64,000 bases of DNA from Fimbriosthenelais zetlandica (taxonomy: Eukaryota). The stretch lies in the NCBI GenBank assembly GCA_977030845.1, contig OZ365115.1, positions 2,418,001 through 2,482,000 on the forward strand, written 5' to 3'. Below, piece by piece: positions 23,604-36,900 of this stretch. A program made the translations under genes and the position numbers. The notes beneath the pieces are model-generated. The model was not told the origin of the DNA and ran no database searches. It was given only the letters and a program-made list of their open reading frames with translations. Every line of letters starts with the position of its first letter. The first letter of the stretch is position 1.

Positions 23604-25160
23604 CTAGTCCATCTTGGCTTTGAAATAACTCTTGAAGAACTTGATGACAAAATAAAGCAGGCATAAAGCAGCATGAGTGACAAGCAGAGCCAATATGACG
23701 TAATAAGCCAGAATATCCAGCATCAACACCTGATAGAGAGGCATATCAAGGCTGGGTGGCCGCAGGTGAGCACCTCCAAACTGGAGAATGTGATTCACCC
23801 AAAAGACAAACTTCTCCTGGGCTGAGGGCATGCTGCGAATGATGGCCGAACATTTCCTTGCCTTGGCAGTGTAGCTACCATTGTTAATAATCTCTACTAT
23901 AATCTCATAGAGTTCATCTGAAGTAACAACTTTAAAATCCGAGACAAACTCACCAAAACCGTTTGTCTGAACTCTCTTAGCATTGTACAACTGTTCCATG
24001 AATACAGGTAGTACAAGCATGGGCACACCGTGGTAGATGGCTTCATTCTGCCCATTATTACCTCCATGCATCACAAACAGCTTTGTTTTGGGATGGCCGA
24101 GAATATCATTCTGTGGCACCCACTTCCTGAGCATCACATTATCAGGAACTTCCCCGTGGTCTTCATCTAAAACGTACTGCACAACGACCCTCTGAGGTAG
24201 GCGACTGAACGCTTCAAAAATCTTGTCACCGATGATTTTCCAGATTTGTTGGAGTCCCAGTTTTGTTCCAAGAGTCATCAATATGACTCCGTTTTCCGCT
24301 CCTGACATGAACGTTTCTAGATCGTCGGGGAGTGGACGGGGAGTGCCGGCTGTAGTGGGTCCCAGATACTGAAGGTTAGGAGCAGATACCCGGGGGTAAT
24401 CCAGGCACATCACCTCGTAATTCATCAAGTACATTTCAGCCATCTCAGCCACCTTCTTCAGGGGGATCTTAGGCTTGTGAGGAGGACAATATTTCTCCAT
24501 GTGATGTTGATAAATATCATAGTACACATTATGATACATCTCCCACCATGACTTGGCATTCTCAATACGCTCCCAGAAGTTCATCTTGTTGGAGAGAGCT
24601 TTAGACAACTCGGGTTCAATAGAAGGCATGCCAGTCACCCCTGACACCCAAGATGTGGTCTGATAATCGAGGAACGAGATAAAAGGGATGTCAAACTTGT
24701 AAGGTATCGTTAAATAACAGAGATAAGGTTCAGTGTGGTGCAAGATGATGAGGTCAAACCTGCCATGTTGTAGAGTGTTCTGGATGGTTTTGTCAGTCAT
24801 CACTTGGTCGCACGTCCTACTATATGCCATCAACCAATCCTCAGTGGATAACTTGACGTTGAAATCTTCCCAGTCTGGACTTTCAGCCATCCACTCATCA
24901 ATCTTAGCCTGAAGGTCGTCTTCAGGTTTGAGATTGAAGGTGAGTGGAGTGATTCCTCTCTCTTCAATAACAGCTTTGTACTTATTGAAGCTGAGCATCC
25001 AGACATCGTGGCCGTCATCTGTGAGATGTTTACCCAGTGTAGTGAAGGTATGTACGTGGCTACCCATGGCGTAGGGGATCATGAGTATTTTTGATGGCTT
25101 AAGAGATTTGATAGCCTCACCGCCAGCTAAAAATACCCAGAAAAACAACAAATCTCTCAT
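23604..25160 (-). CDS. UDP-glycosyltransferase (animal UGT family, UGT2-like ER membrane type), 518 aa, single coding exon
   Basis: Signal peptide; GSH motif (His35); UGT signature WVPQNDILGHPKTKLFVMHGGNNGQNEAIYHGVPMLVLPVFMEQ; C-terminal transmembrane segment and KxKxx ER-retrieval end (KAKMD). A splice acceptor (TTTTACAG|) 14 nt upstream of the ATG suggests a 5'-UTR intron. Confidence 0.96.
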   Translation of the reverse strand: MRDLLFFWVFLAGGEAIKSLKPSKILMIPYAMGSHVHTFTTLGKHLTDDGHDVWMLSFNKYKAVIEERGITPLTFNLKPEDDLQAKIDEWMAESPDWEDFNVKLSTEDWLMAYSRTCDQVMTDKTIQNTLQHGRFDLIILHHTEPYLCYLTIPYKFDIPFISFLDYQTTSWVSGVTGMPSIEPELSKALSNKMNFWERIENAKSWWEMYHNVYYDIYQHHMEKYCPPHKPKIPLKKVAEMAEMYLMNYEVMCLDYPRVSAPNLQYLGPTTAGTPRPLPDDLETFMSGAENGVILMTLGTKLGLQQIWKIIGDKIFEAFSRLPQRVVVQYVLDEDHGEVPDNVMLRKWVPQNDILGHPKTKLFVMHGGNNGQNEAIYHGVPMLVLPVFMEQLYNAKRVQTNGFGEFVSDFKVVTSDELYEIIVEIINNGSYTAKARKCSAIIRSMPSAQEKFVFWVNHILQFGGAHLRPPSLDMPLYQVLMLDILAYYVILALLVTHAALCLLYFVIKFFKSYFKAKMD

Positions 25161-28100
25161 CCAGGACTTGTTACCTGTAAAAATAACGAGTAATTGTACA
25201 ATACAGGAACAGAGAAATGTTCAATGGACATCACCACAGTCCTGTACATTATATGACATCAGAAAGCAATTGCGATCTGGAATGTATATCACTACAAATG
25301 GAAATAATTGACATAATTGCCGCATCTCACCTGACTCCATATTTAAAAGTAGTTGAACTCATGTACTTTCAATGTCAACATCCAAGAACCAGTTGAGAGC
25401 TCAGCTGTATAGCATATACCCATAGAAAGGATGAGAAGCACCACACTGACTATTGTGTCAGTTAGTGTAGGCTAATAAATCTTCAATATCAACCATTATA
25501 CAAGCAGGTATAGAGGTTTTTATGATTCCTCCCGCATCAGAGATTTAATCTTTATTCAGCTAGAAATGATCTCAGTCTGGAATGCTCTTTAATGTTCAGG
25601 TCACAGCTGGTCCAAATAATGCACAAACAATAGAAGCAATTACACATAGCCACCTGAGTTTTAACTGTGAACTGCAATCTGCTGCACTTCCGGAGTGATA
25701 GCTACTTCCTGTTTAGGTGTATTGCCATATATTGGAAGTGGGGAATACACAAACGGTTCACAGAATGAGAAGGTATATTTAGGTCCCCTTTCCACTTTTC
25801 AGTGAAGGACTTGGCTTTAATATTTAGTTCTTCTCACAGTAATTGCACTGGGAAGTCCGTTAAATCCGCCATGTTATTTACATCACTGTCCTTGGGTACC
25901 TTACTTATGAGGCCTCATACACTTAGCCTGGTGAGGAACATAAACCGGAAGTGTAGGGGACTCCTTGTAGCTGACAATGGCGCCACTTTAGCTTAATTCA
26001 AAATGGCATATCTTATCTTGTGATGAATAAAATATTAAATAAACCATGTACTGAAGTGGGTACTGAATTGAATAACGTGGCCAGGCTTGCTTATCAGAAG
26101 TATTATACACTAGTTAAAATTAATGCAGTTTCCATGGTAAGCAGAAACAAAAACTATAGAGAATCATTATAGTATCTAATGCCCGGGAGATCGTTTGCCC
26201 TTTGAGCACATAAACTTCATGCATATTTCTCTCATTTCTCACAGAGATATGCCTTCCCCAGTGATATCATAGACCCCGTCACAACACCCTATCTTATCTG
26301 TATTCCCCATTCTGCTGGCTTTGGGACAGATAGTGTGTTTGAACTGAGAGTAAGAAAAATGCCATTATGGAAAACAAATAAAGCCATAGCAGAGATCATT
26401 TTTATGCCAGGAATTCGATCTAACACCAAAATATAATATTCTTCGGGGTGTCATTTATTTTAAAGTGGCTCCATTTCTCCATTAATTTAAGGTTATCAAT
26501 AAGTTAACAAAATAGGTGACAATAGGTTCTAATGGGACAATATAACGAGGTAAAGCATAGTCTCCTGGCCATAGAACAGACATAGAATGCTCTAATGATC
26601 CATTATCATTCCATTCAGCAGATTTGGAATACAAAATGATTGATGATCCCTTTGTATGCATGGGTGTTAGGAATTTCAATTCGCCAGTTTATGTCCATTC
26701 CACTATGTCCATTCCACTATGTCCATTCCACTATGTCCACTCCAATGATCATGATTCCCCATGCAATACATTTGAATTATGAAAATCAATTTGGAATCCA
26801 ATGGAATAAATTTATAAACTTATTGGCATTGCATAATGGATAATATGCAATTCCTTGTCTGATAAATATAGGCCCTATAGGCTCTATTACTGTTCTAGTG
26901 TTAGACAACTATTTAAAATGGACAAGAAGTCAACATTTGAGGAGAATGAACTAGAGTCTAGAAACTGAGACATGCAAATCAGGAAACACAAGATTTGATG
27001 ACGCCAGCAATACCTGCGTTCCCTAGAGGGAGTGGTTGTTGATTTCCGTTGTTTTGTTTGTAAGATTAGGAGGACAAAAGGCTGGCCTGGGGTCTTCCCC
27101 TAATCTTCACATTGCCCCAGGACCCCAGGGCCCCAGTGAGCCTCCTATTATAGGCCCCCATCACTCTCCTCCCTTGATTTATGGTTGGATGATTGGTGCC
27201 CTGAGGGCATCACTTCATGGCAAGCATTGGCAAGCAAACCGACGTTACCCGGCCCTTTGCAAAAAATTCTCAGCTAGGTTTTCTTCAAGACATAATCACC
27301 CCCCAAAAAAACAAGAACAAAAACAGAATACAAGCGATAGACAGTGGGAGTTTAAAGGTTTTAGTTTGGAATTCTCACAGGGGGAGGGGTAGAACTCGAA
27401 CCCAACCCCTACCCCCACCCCCCATCCCCTACCCCCAACCCCTACCCCCACCCCCCATCCCCACCACCAACCCCAACCTCTACCCCCACCCCAAACACCT
27501 ACCCCCACCCATTCCAAACTTGATCTCCATCCATCTAGAGTTATAGTGCCTTGTGCTCTGCTTTTAGACAATGACACCGCAATATCCGTTTCATTCTGCA
27601 TTCTAAGTTTGGAATTTCAATTCCAAACTATCAGTTTCGGCTATTCGTAATCTTCCAGTAGATCTAAATTTATTGATTTGAAGGGAGACTAGGAATACAT
27701 TTTCTGCATTCTTTATTGTGCACCAAGGGCTATACATGGCTTATGCAGGTATTGGGAGGAATGGAATATTTCTATACAACCATATAATGGTGCCTATCAC
27801 ATACATGAATCTTGGCAGAGCTCTGGGCGATCTCTTTCTATGTGCCATTTTAATAGTTTTCTAAGCACATTCTGTATAATATTTCTCACAGGCTAGCACA
27901 TATACCCGCACCATAGCTCAGCCACCACACCCTGGGGACAAAGGCAGTGAGATTGCCTTGCACCACGGTGCCTTGACAGGCTGGGTATTGAAAATGCATG
28001 ACAATTATTGTGCATGACCCTCACTTCCTTACCAGAACCTTGAAGGATCTAGACCCTAAGTTAACCAAATAAAGCAAGTGCCCTCCCCTCAAAATGCAAT

Positions 28101-28181
28101 ATTGAACACCATAAATTTCCTTGATGTTCTACTATAGGCACATTGACAATAACTCAATATATAAATATTATATGTAGGTAA

Positions 28182-28384
28182 AGCCGGGACTTCACTGCTG
28201 CGATTTTGCTTGCGACACTACTGCGACAAAGGTGATGCTGGTGAAGTTGTGTAAGAATAAAATTGTGGGTCAAGTGTCCAAGGCCTTAAGGCCGTCCTCC
28301 AATGGTAAATTTATCATTGAAACACAAGCATCACCTTTGTCGCAGACGTGTCGCAAGCAAAATCGCAGCTGTGGAGTCCCGGCT
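28182..28384. mobile_element. MITE family A, copy 1
   Basis: Long TIR AGCCGGGACT(T/C)CAC(T/A)GCTGCGATTTTGCTTGCGACAC; flanks are TAA and TTA. Confidence 0.88.
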
Positions 28385-28404
28385 TTAGCGTCACATGATT
28401 AACA

Positions 28405-28826
28405 CGACCACCTACAACGGTGTAGCCAGGGGTGCCGCCTTATTGGACTACCTTATAATACACAGAGAACCAAACGTTTACCTCTGTATAAAAGTGTACC
28501 GGTAATAAAACCCTCTATAAAGCGACCACCTCTGTAAAGAGACCATTGTCAGTGGGTCCCGAGGGTGATCGCGTAAAGCCCAACATCCACTGTACGATCT
28601 TTGGAAAAACAGATTATTCTGATCGGCAAAGATCAAAATAAAATCGTTCCGGATTATTTCTCTATTGATTTAACATTGAAAAATCGGCGCCGATCCCAAG
28701 ATTTTGGCATCCACCAGCCCGATCGTATGTTTTTGGGGTCCCGATCGCCTGTGATCGCTTAAGATCGCAAAATCGGGATGAAAATCGGGCTGGTGGATGT
28801 CGGGCTTTAGACAGGTTTGCCTGTAG
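28405..28826. mobile_element. Tc1/pogo-like MITE fragment interrupted by MITE family C
   Basis: CCTCTATAAAGCGACCACCTCTGTAAAGAGACC...GGTCCCGAGGGTGATCGCG resumes as GACAGGTTTGCCTGTA after the insertion. The pattern resembles common invertebrate CAGT...ACTG/TA elements (from memory). Confidence 0.45.
28577..28806. mobile_element. MITE family C
   Basis: TAA|AGCCCAACATCCAC ... GTGGATGTCGGGCT|TTA. Confidence 0.7.
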
Positions 28827-31800
28827 TTTAAACCCAGATTTTAACATTGAATATTTAATGACACATGATGTATGTTCTGCATATATTTGGTAGGTCATTA
28901 AGTTTAATGACCTATCACAGAGAAATCCCTGGCCTAACCTAGGTACATTTCTGCCGATAGATCAGTTGAACAGGCTACAAAAACAGAACACAGAGGAAAC
29001 AAAACGACCATTGTGGGTCCACGCCCCTGTTATCATGCCTGATGACTAATAACTGAAATACAAGTAATGCTGATTATAAATCATTAGTTTATACCTTATG
29101 CAGATTCACCTCACATAAATGAATATTCACGAGTTCCCAGGTCATTTATTTACATAATCATTTACATATCTAACTCCAGATATAGAGACGAATCGACGCT
29201 GAGTGGAAAACCAGCAGGACATTAAGCTGGGAAAAGTGGTTAAAAGGGGGCTTATGAATAAAGTAATGGTTAGTAATGATTATTGCCTGCTTCATGTTCC
29301 TTTTAGTATGCCCTTTTACCTCCAGGGAGATAAAAATTCATGCTATAGCACTATCACTGCATGACATGCGAAAAGCCTCACAGAAAACATGAAAAGTAAA
29401 CATAATGGTACAATTTATTTTCAACTCTAGATTCAGCTTAAAATCTGCTTAAAATGGCCATGAGGCCTCATCGGGTAGGGACGATATTTTCTGGAAAAAG
29501 TCTTAAGCAATTGCTTGTCATTGCATTGTCCAACACTGTTGTCTCCAAAACATGGCTTGCATAATGCAATAGCTCGATGAGGGTGCCCTCGTCGACCCTC
29601 GCCATTGATTAGGTTATTGTACAACATAGAGAATGTACAGCGGAACTTTCTTTTGAAATGGCAAATGATTAGGAATGACAATCCTCCATCTATAGACATG
29701 TGCCGCTTCACTGCGTTATTGACACGTGCTGCTCTTTCACAGCCTGGTGGCCACATGCGGAACTAAGTACTCAAAAGGTTTCCCAGCTAATCGCACCTGT
29801 GGCACAAAGAGCTGTCTATGGTGATCAATGAGGTGTTAATAGAGACTGGAGTGTCGACTTTAAACTGTTAACAGCTCTCCATGGTAGGCGAGGTGAAGTT
29901 AAAACACGTCCAGACACCTCCTTTAGACATTATTGAACCAAAGTTCGTGAATCGTTAATTTGGTATATAGGCGACCTCTTTATCTTTATATTATCATCAT
30001 AAAGTGTACTACTACCAGACATACATGTATGACGTTCACTGTGTATTATATTACAATATGGAAGTATCTGAGCGATATTATGATATGAGAGAACACAATT
30101 GCAAAGTACGATACAATCATGTCTGACAATTTATACATATGTAAGGTAAATACATACACTCTGTTCACTCTAAGTTGATCCGAAACCACCATACATATGT
30201 ACCTTAGTTTCGGATCAACTTAGAGTTGACACAGACTATACACAGTGACTGTTTAGGCATTTTGGAAGAACCAGGCAGGTACTTTTTACCTTTATGCCTT
30301 GAACACAGCAGAGCGCTTTTGTGGTTGTGTTCATGGCACAGGCAACTTACATATCTACACACATGTCTTGGTATGTCCCTTTGTGCTGTGCTAGCTGAGA
30401 GAGCATGTAAATTAATCAACAGACTTTTACTGCAATTCTGCAACCCAATTAGGCCTAGACAATTGGCGCACTCAACTTTTGGTATTTTTTCCTCTGAATT
30501 CATATATGAGACAAACGCAAGCAACTGGAGGCATCCGCAATCTGTTCCAGGCATAACCACTAGTCTTCAGTGAATTTACTGGCTATTTTCAATGGCCAAC
30601 TACCACATGGCACCTGAACAAACTAAGACACCCAATAGAGCCCCTCATTTCCTGGGGGTGCCTTTACCACCACTTTAAGAGCCTATCCTCTCTCCACATT
30701 TCCAAGTGCACAGCCTTTTCTCAAGTCAACACAAGCTTACTCCACCCAACTCACTCAAACAAACCAAAGACAAACCACTTTGATATTGGCCTCACAAGAC
30801 AAAGGCGGACTTCTAACAGTTGGAAACTTTCTTGAAATCGCACTTAGTGGCGCACAAAGGATGTCTGTGAGCTTGAGTTTAACTGAGGAAGCTAAAAAGA
30901 AATAGTTCTAATGAAGGCAGAAACGGAAACAAGCCTCGTCCAAAGGTAGAGTCTGAGGAACTCCCATACCATTATAGCTCCCACAAGGGGCTATAGGAGG
31001 AAACGTATTAATTAAGTCATCTCCTTTGACAGGAAGCTTTGGAAATGTAGATCTAGACTTGAATACCGGCAGTGTAAAGGTCAAAGGTCAAAGGTCAAAG
31101 GTCAAAGGTCACTAATGAGTTCTTCATCCGTTTACTGGCACATTTTCACCTGTTAACTGCAGTGTGCTCCACCAATGTACGTACTGTATGCACTACATAC
31201 AGAACTGTAAGGTCATGCAGAGATTGCAAAACCTATCTGTATTAGATACTCATATCAACTATACTCATATCTACAATGCTTTAGCCTATGGTTGTACAAT
31301 GCGCCATAGATCTGAGCCCGTTTCAAAAGGACAATTAGCAATGGCAAAGCAATTAGCAAAGATGACGTCTAATTTTTCTTTTCGTTGGAGGCAAACAAGT
31401 ATATATCCTATACCAATTAGTTATGGAAAATGCCTGCACCATTGATAGGTATAGGATCTATATTTATCAATATTCCAATAGCAGCAGACAATACTTCCTT
31501 TTGCCCCCTCAAGAGACGTCATTAAAATTCCAACAAGTAGAAAGAGAAATAAGGTTCTTTTGACAGCGTTGACATCTCAATACTGTTATCACGAGTTTTA
31601 AATGTTTTATTCTCTTCACATCAGGAATAATGACGCTGAGAAAGCTGATCATGAACGGGTGATTTTGTACATTGAAGTGAGGGAAAAACTAATTGACGTT
31701 TGTGCATTTGGATATAGTTGTGATGGGTAATAAAAATATTATGTCGAGGGGGGAGAGAAAAATGGATGCAGTGGTATGAGCAGGAGGTGTTAGGAAGCGC

Positions 31801-31973
31801 CTCATGAGCAACTCACACAGGTCTGGGGTGGAGGATGGCAAGATCAAACAGGAGAGGCAAATAAGAGAGACAAACATGAGAGGTAAACATCCTTAATCCT
31901 ATCATTATTTAAAGAAGGGAGATGTAAGGGCATTGTAAGCGGAGGGGCGCTCTGAAAGGAGAAGGAGCGAGAG

Positions 31974-32415
31974 GCGAGAGGAAAAGGCATGCGGGGTGAG
32001 AGAATGAGAGGGAGAGGCGAGAGGAAAAGGCATGCGGGGTGAGAGAATGAGAGGGAGAGGCGAGAGGAAAAGGCATGCGGGGTGAGAGAATGAGAGGGAG
32101 AGGCGAGAGGAAAAGGCACGCGGGGTGAGAGAATGAGAGGGGGAAGGTGAGAGGAAAAGGCATGCGGGGTGAGAGAATGAGAGGGAGAGGCGAGAGGAAA
32201 AGGCATGCGGGGTGAGAGAATGAGAGGGAGAGGCGAGAGGAAAAGGCATGCGGGGTGAGAGAATGAGAGGGAGAGGCGAGAGGAAAAGGCATGCGGGGTG
32301 AGAGAATGAGAGGGAGAGGCGAGAGGAAAAGGCACGCGGGGTGAGAGAATAAGAGGGGGAAGGTGAGAGGAAAAGGCATGCGGGGTGAGAGAATGAGAGG
32401 GGGAAGGTGAGAGGA
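31974..32415. repeat. 43-bp purine-rich minisatellite, about 10 copies
   Basis: GAAAAGGCATGCGGGGTGAGAGAATGAGAG recurs with a 43-bp period (31981, 32024, ...). Confidence 0.93.
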
Positions 32416-32449
32416 AGACAGCAGATCGAAAGAGAAGGAGAAGAACAGG

Positions 32450-32639
32450 AAGAAGAGGAAGGGCAGATGAAGGGTAGTGGGAAGAGGAAGAGAGGAAGGG
32501 CAGATGAAGGGTAGTGGGAAGAGGAAGAGAGGAAGGGCAGATGAAGAGTAGTGGGAAGAGGAAGAGAGGAAGGGCAGATGAAGGGTAGTGGGAAGAGGAA
32601 GAGAGGAAGGGCAGATGAAGAGTAGTGGGAAGAGGAAGA
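32450..32639. repeat. 37-bp purine-rich minisatellite, about 5 copies
   Basis: GGGCAGATGAAGGGTAGTGGGAAGAGGAAGAGAGGAA repeated. Confidence 0.9.
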
Positions 32640-33204
32640 CCTGAGAGACCGGGAAGGCAGCAAGGTTTGATGATCAGATTAAAAAGAGGCGAGATGGGAG
32701 CTGGATGTAGACATCTAAAACTGTCAATTACTACCAAAATCTAACAAGAAATCAATGACAACTTCTCCTCCTCATCTCCGCGTTAAAACATGAAGTATTT
32801 TACTTTTTCCTCACTCGGACGTGTTAGACCATTCAGCGCGGGGTGTGGCTGTCATGAATTCGCTGCTTTGCTGTAAAAATGTACCCCTAGAACCCATACC
32901 TCCAAATGCCAACAGAAAGATTGCGCCATTAAAATGCAAATGAAATTTTCCAATCAAATTCCCACTTTCATTTATTTTCGGGGTGAAAAAGCAGTGGGAA
33001 GCGTGGAGAGTGAGGGGTGTGGGGGAGAAATGGAGAGGGGGAAAGATGAGGGATGGCAGGAAGGAGATTGGCTTGAAGAGAAAATATAGCGAACCACACA
33101 CAGCGTGACCTCCAACAACTTTCTATTTATAGACGGAAGCCAAGATTGTTCCTAGATTTTTAGGCAACGATTTTGCCGAAATGAAAGTTGAATTTACAAT
33201 TTAG

Positions 33205-33910
33205 GCACGTAAACAGGAATATATTAGGGGGTGACCATTTTAAGATGATGTGACGTACTATGACAGAATGTGGCTGACAACTCTATACCCCAATCCATGT
33301 AGGTGACTGGGCATCTATAAACCTAGTCTCCTCCTGTGTGAGAAGGCATTGGAAAACATGGGTATGAAACTTTGCAAGAATTGCAAGTCATGAATATCTA
33401 GTGGATATTTCAAATGACCTGGTACATTTATTGGATACCTACCAGGGATCATTGCCTGGTGATTCTTGCAGTGATTCTTGCACACGGAGCTTGTCTACAA
33501 GACCATCAACTGCAAGGGCATCAATTGCCGCTAGAAAACGGTATATTGCCAGAATCGAAAGGCAAAAGCAAGCAATCGTCATCTCCCTCAACAGAATGTA
33601 GACCCGCATGCACCCCAGTCCATGTATGTGATTGGTGTCTGTAGCCCCAGCCCCTTCCCGTGTTGGGAGACATTGGAGTATATGGGTAGGGAACTTTGCA
33701 CGAATTGCAAGGCATACAATATCTAATGGATATCTCTAACGACTTTGTACACACATTCGATACCTACCAGGGACCATTGCCTTATAATTCTTGCAGCGAT
33801 TGCTGCATGTGGAGCTTGTCTACAAGACCATCAATGTCAACTGCACCAATTGCCGACAGAAAATGAAATGTTGCCAGAATCACAAGGCAAAAGTCAGCAA
33901 TTGACAGAAT
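33205..33910 (-). repeat. Dispersed diverged dimer of the 321-bp repeat family, inverted relative to the array
   Basis: Contains ATTGCCTGGTGATTCTTGCAGTGATTC (33451-33477), the reverse complement of the array core. The second unit starts 325 bp later. The flank GGCACGTA...GGGGTGACCATTTT is shared with the 51-kb copy. Confidence 0.8.
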
Positions 33911-36900
33911 TCGACGGAGGGAGAGGGAGCCATGAGGGAGGTAGGAAGGCAGTTAAATAGGGAGGCAGGGAGTCCCTATCCATCCATGTTTGCCCTCGCC
34001 CAAAGTTTGACATGATAAAACAAGAAGAAAAGGGTATAAATAATAGCTATAGCTTGAGCTTTACATAAAGTGCAGTGACTGTCTATAGTAGAGTAAGCTC
34101 TGACTGTGGATGTAGAGCGAAGCTTTTAGAGTGCTATAGGGCAGAGAGAGGCAGTATCAGGGACATCTTCATAAAAGTAAATCCCCTCCTATAGACAATA
34201 ATGTAGTTATGAGCTAATATCTACTGTCTGTTTTTGCAGAAATGGTCCCTATATGACATATGGTATGTCTGGCTATCAGTGACCCCCTGTCTCGCACTAC
34301 TCTCACATTCCTATCTCTCTATAGTAACTCTAGTCTTAATGGATTAGCTCACAATTAGTAGGCATATACCACTAGCTCATAGCACCAGATAACACATGGA
34401 CAAGATAGTCTATCATATAACCCATATACACGTATACACACATGCTATGACAGTCTCCATACTGTGTCAGATCTGCTAAGCCTGGTTCCCACTAAGGCAG
34501 TGAACTGATGATTGTGATTGTATAGTTGTTTAACATCACTTTTTTTGAGTTATTTCATGATGTTTCCTACTTGTGACAGTGAGCCGTTATAGTGCTATCA
34601 ACTGAGGTATCATGTAGCAGGCACATGTCATGATACCTCACCCAGTCACATTGTTCTGACACCAGGCTGATCAGCCCCAACACTGTCCCCTTATTGTCCC
34701 CAAGCGAGGGTGGTACTAAAACCACTTTTCAGTCGTCTTTTAAAAATGTCTAGGAATCATCGTTCGCTTATTCAGTTCGGTAATAAATCAGTTTTACCTC
34801 ATTTTGACTCCAACGATACCAACCGCCCTCTACACGGAACTGTATCATCGCCATGTCCTACGTCATGATCATAACTGAAAATAGAGAAACATTGTAAATT
34901 TATTGAAAACAACTTTCAAAGTAGTTAACTTAAGTCTAATATGTTGAGGTAAAAATAACTCACAGAACATCTTCCACACAGCAGAAACCAATCCAATATG
35001 TGAATAAAACCCCTTAAATACGGCACTGATTGTTGTTTGGAAGCAGTTGGCTTTTTCCTGCCGCTTCCTACTGTTTTAAACATGTAAGTTTTAGTCGGTT
35101 TGGACAGTTCACCTAGGAGACACCCAGTCCCCATGATGCTTAGCAAAAGGTCACATGATCCATATGTGTGACAGAGGTGACCCCTGGCGATTGCCGGCCC
35201 CAACCGTCTGCCCCCAGAGACGGGAAACGACGTCCCCCACGACGCACCATCTGAACCTGGGATTTATTACTTTAAAGGTCGGAGAACATACCCGAGAAAT
35301 AGACACATTATTGAGCAATATGTTATAGGCCAAGGCCTACTTAAATGTCAATTATTTATAGGTCTGTGATTAGTCACAGATTGCTAAATCCTAGTACAAA
35401 ATGAAGGCTATTAAACGCTCACATGAATCATATATGTGAGGTTCCCACCCACTTCAATTTCCACCCAAAATTGTTGCCTTTCTCTCTCAATGCTAAATCT
35501 TGTGGCTGCTGAATGTTTTTGCTTGCATCGCATCAGCTTCATGTGTAGTAAGGCCACAGTTTCTCTGAGGGAATGTCTTGCCAGTATCGCGATTGTTGCG
35601 GGTGTATTTAAGAACATCCATTCGCACGCCACAAATAGAAAATCTCAATAAAGCATATCGCAATCGCAATAAAAAATCACATTGCCCACAAGAGAAAACA
35701 ATCCCAATGGAGGTACCCCATGCTATTTCGAAACAAGCTCCCGATCTTTCAGTGTTCAAAAATCATCAACTCTACCTTATAGAGCTCATCTTGCCCACCG
35801 TGGCCAGACTCCGCCACTCACCTGAGAACCATTCCCACCTCTACCAACTATACCTCCACTCCACCACTCACCTGAGAACCATTCCCACCTCTACCAACTA
35901 TACCTCCACCTCCAGTGGAGACGGACTATACGTTTTACCTCCGACCTTCTCACCATTACCAACTTAATCACGGGAAGTGTGGCGCCGGTGTAAATGACTC
36001 TGTCAGGGGAAGCCATTCCAGGTCAGGTACAGACATGAGCAGCTCTCAACTAAATCTGGGAGCTAGTGGGCGAGTGTTGATTGAAGTCTTACACTTAAAG
36101 TCTCTACTTTGAATTTAAGGACAAGGCTTGGAAAAGAAGGCCACAACTTCTTATTGTAAGATGACAAATAGTTGGCGTAACAAAATCGCGATACTCGCAA
36201 TGCACAAGAACCGAGTGAAGCGATCCCAATGTTGCCAAGGTTCCATTAAGTGCATATGAATGGTGCAGTCACATGAAGCAAAATACAACACTGACCATGT
36301 CGGATACAAATAGAACTGGCATCACAACAAATTATTGTGTTGTAACAAAATGTTGGCATGGTTGTCAAAAAGTGGGATAGGTTGCCACATCCATGTGTGA
36401 AATCAGCACAGTCGTCTGCATGCATGAGTGATTTGGGAATTGCTAACAAATGCTTTGTGAAGCTGGAAATGAAAATTCCTACTTTACAAATCACTTGTTA
36501 GGCAGCAAGCCAGCATATGGGAATGGTAACTATGTGTGAGCTATCTATAGCAATCCGCCGACAATGTGGCAGTGGGAAATGATGGATGGTGTATTAGAGG
36601 GGAAAAACAGTGGGAACATCAAGAGAAAAAAAATGAAAAAATAGAATAAAAAAGGTAATTATTACAAGTAAAAAAGGAAAACCAGAGAATGAAAAATGAG
36701 GATAATTAAAAAGTAAATAAAATAGAAATCAGGAATAAAAGGACTAAATCAGGAATAAAAGGACTAAATTGTTTAATTGTATGTGAACATATAATCAAAC
36801 AAAAATGATTAAAATAATTTAATAATAAAATAATTTATGTCAAAATCGTGACAACACATTTATATTTTAATGTTGATCGACAGTGGTACGGACGGCCTGA

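Noticed and set aside
30204-30573. Cys/His-rich ORFs resembling a zinc knuckle or transposase zinc ribbon
   Set aside because: Spacing does not match CCHC gag knuckles or the piggyBac C-terminal motif convincingly, and there is no adjacent pol or transposase sequence.
31620-31870. Possible RTE-type LINE 3' fragment
   Set aside because: Only vague W/R-rich similarity with stops; not supportable without a profile search.
31844-32737. Long ORFs (297, 252 and 156 aa) rich in Leu/Ser/Pro
   Set aside because: They are translations of the 43-bp and 37-bp purine-rich minisatellites.
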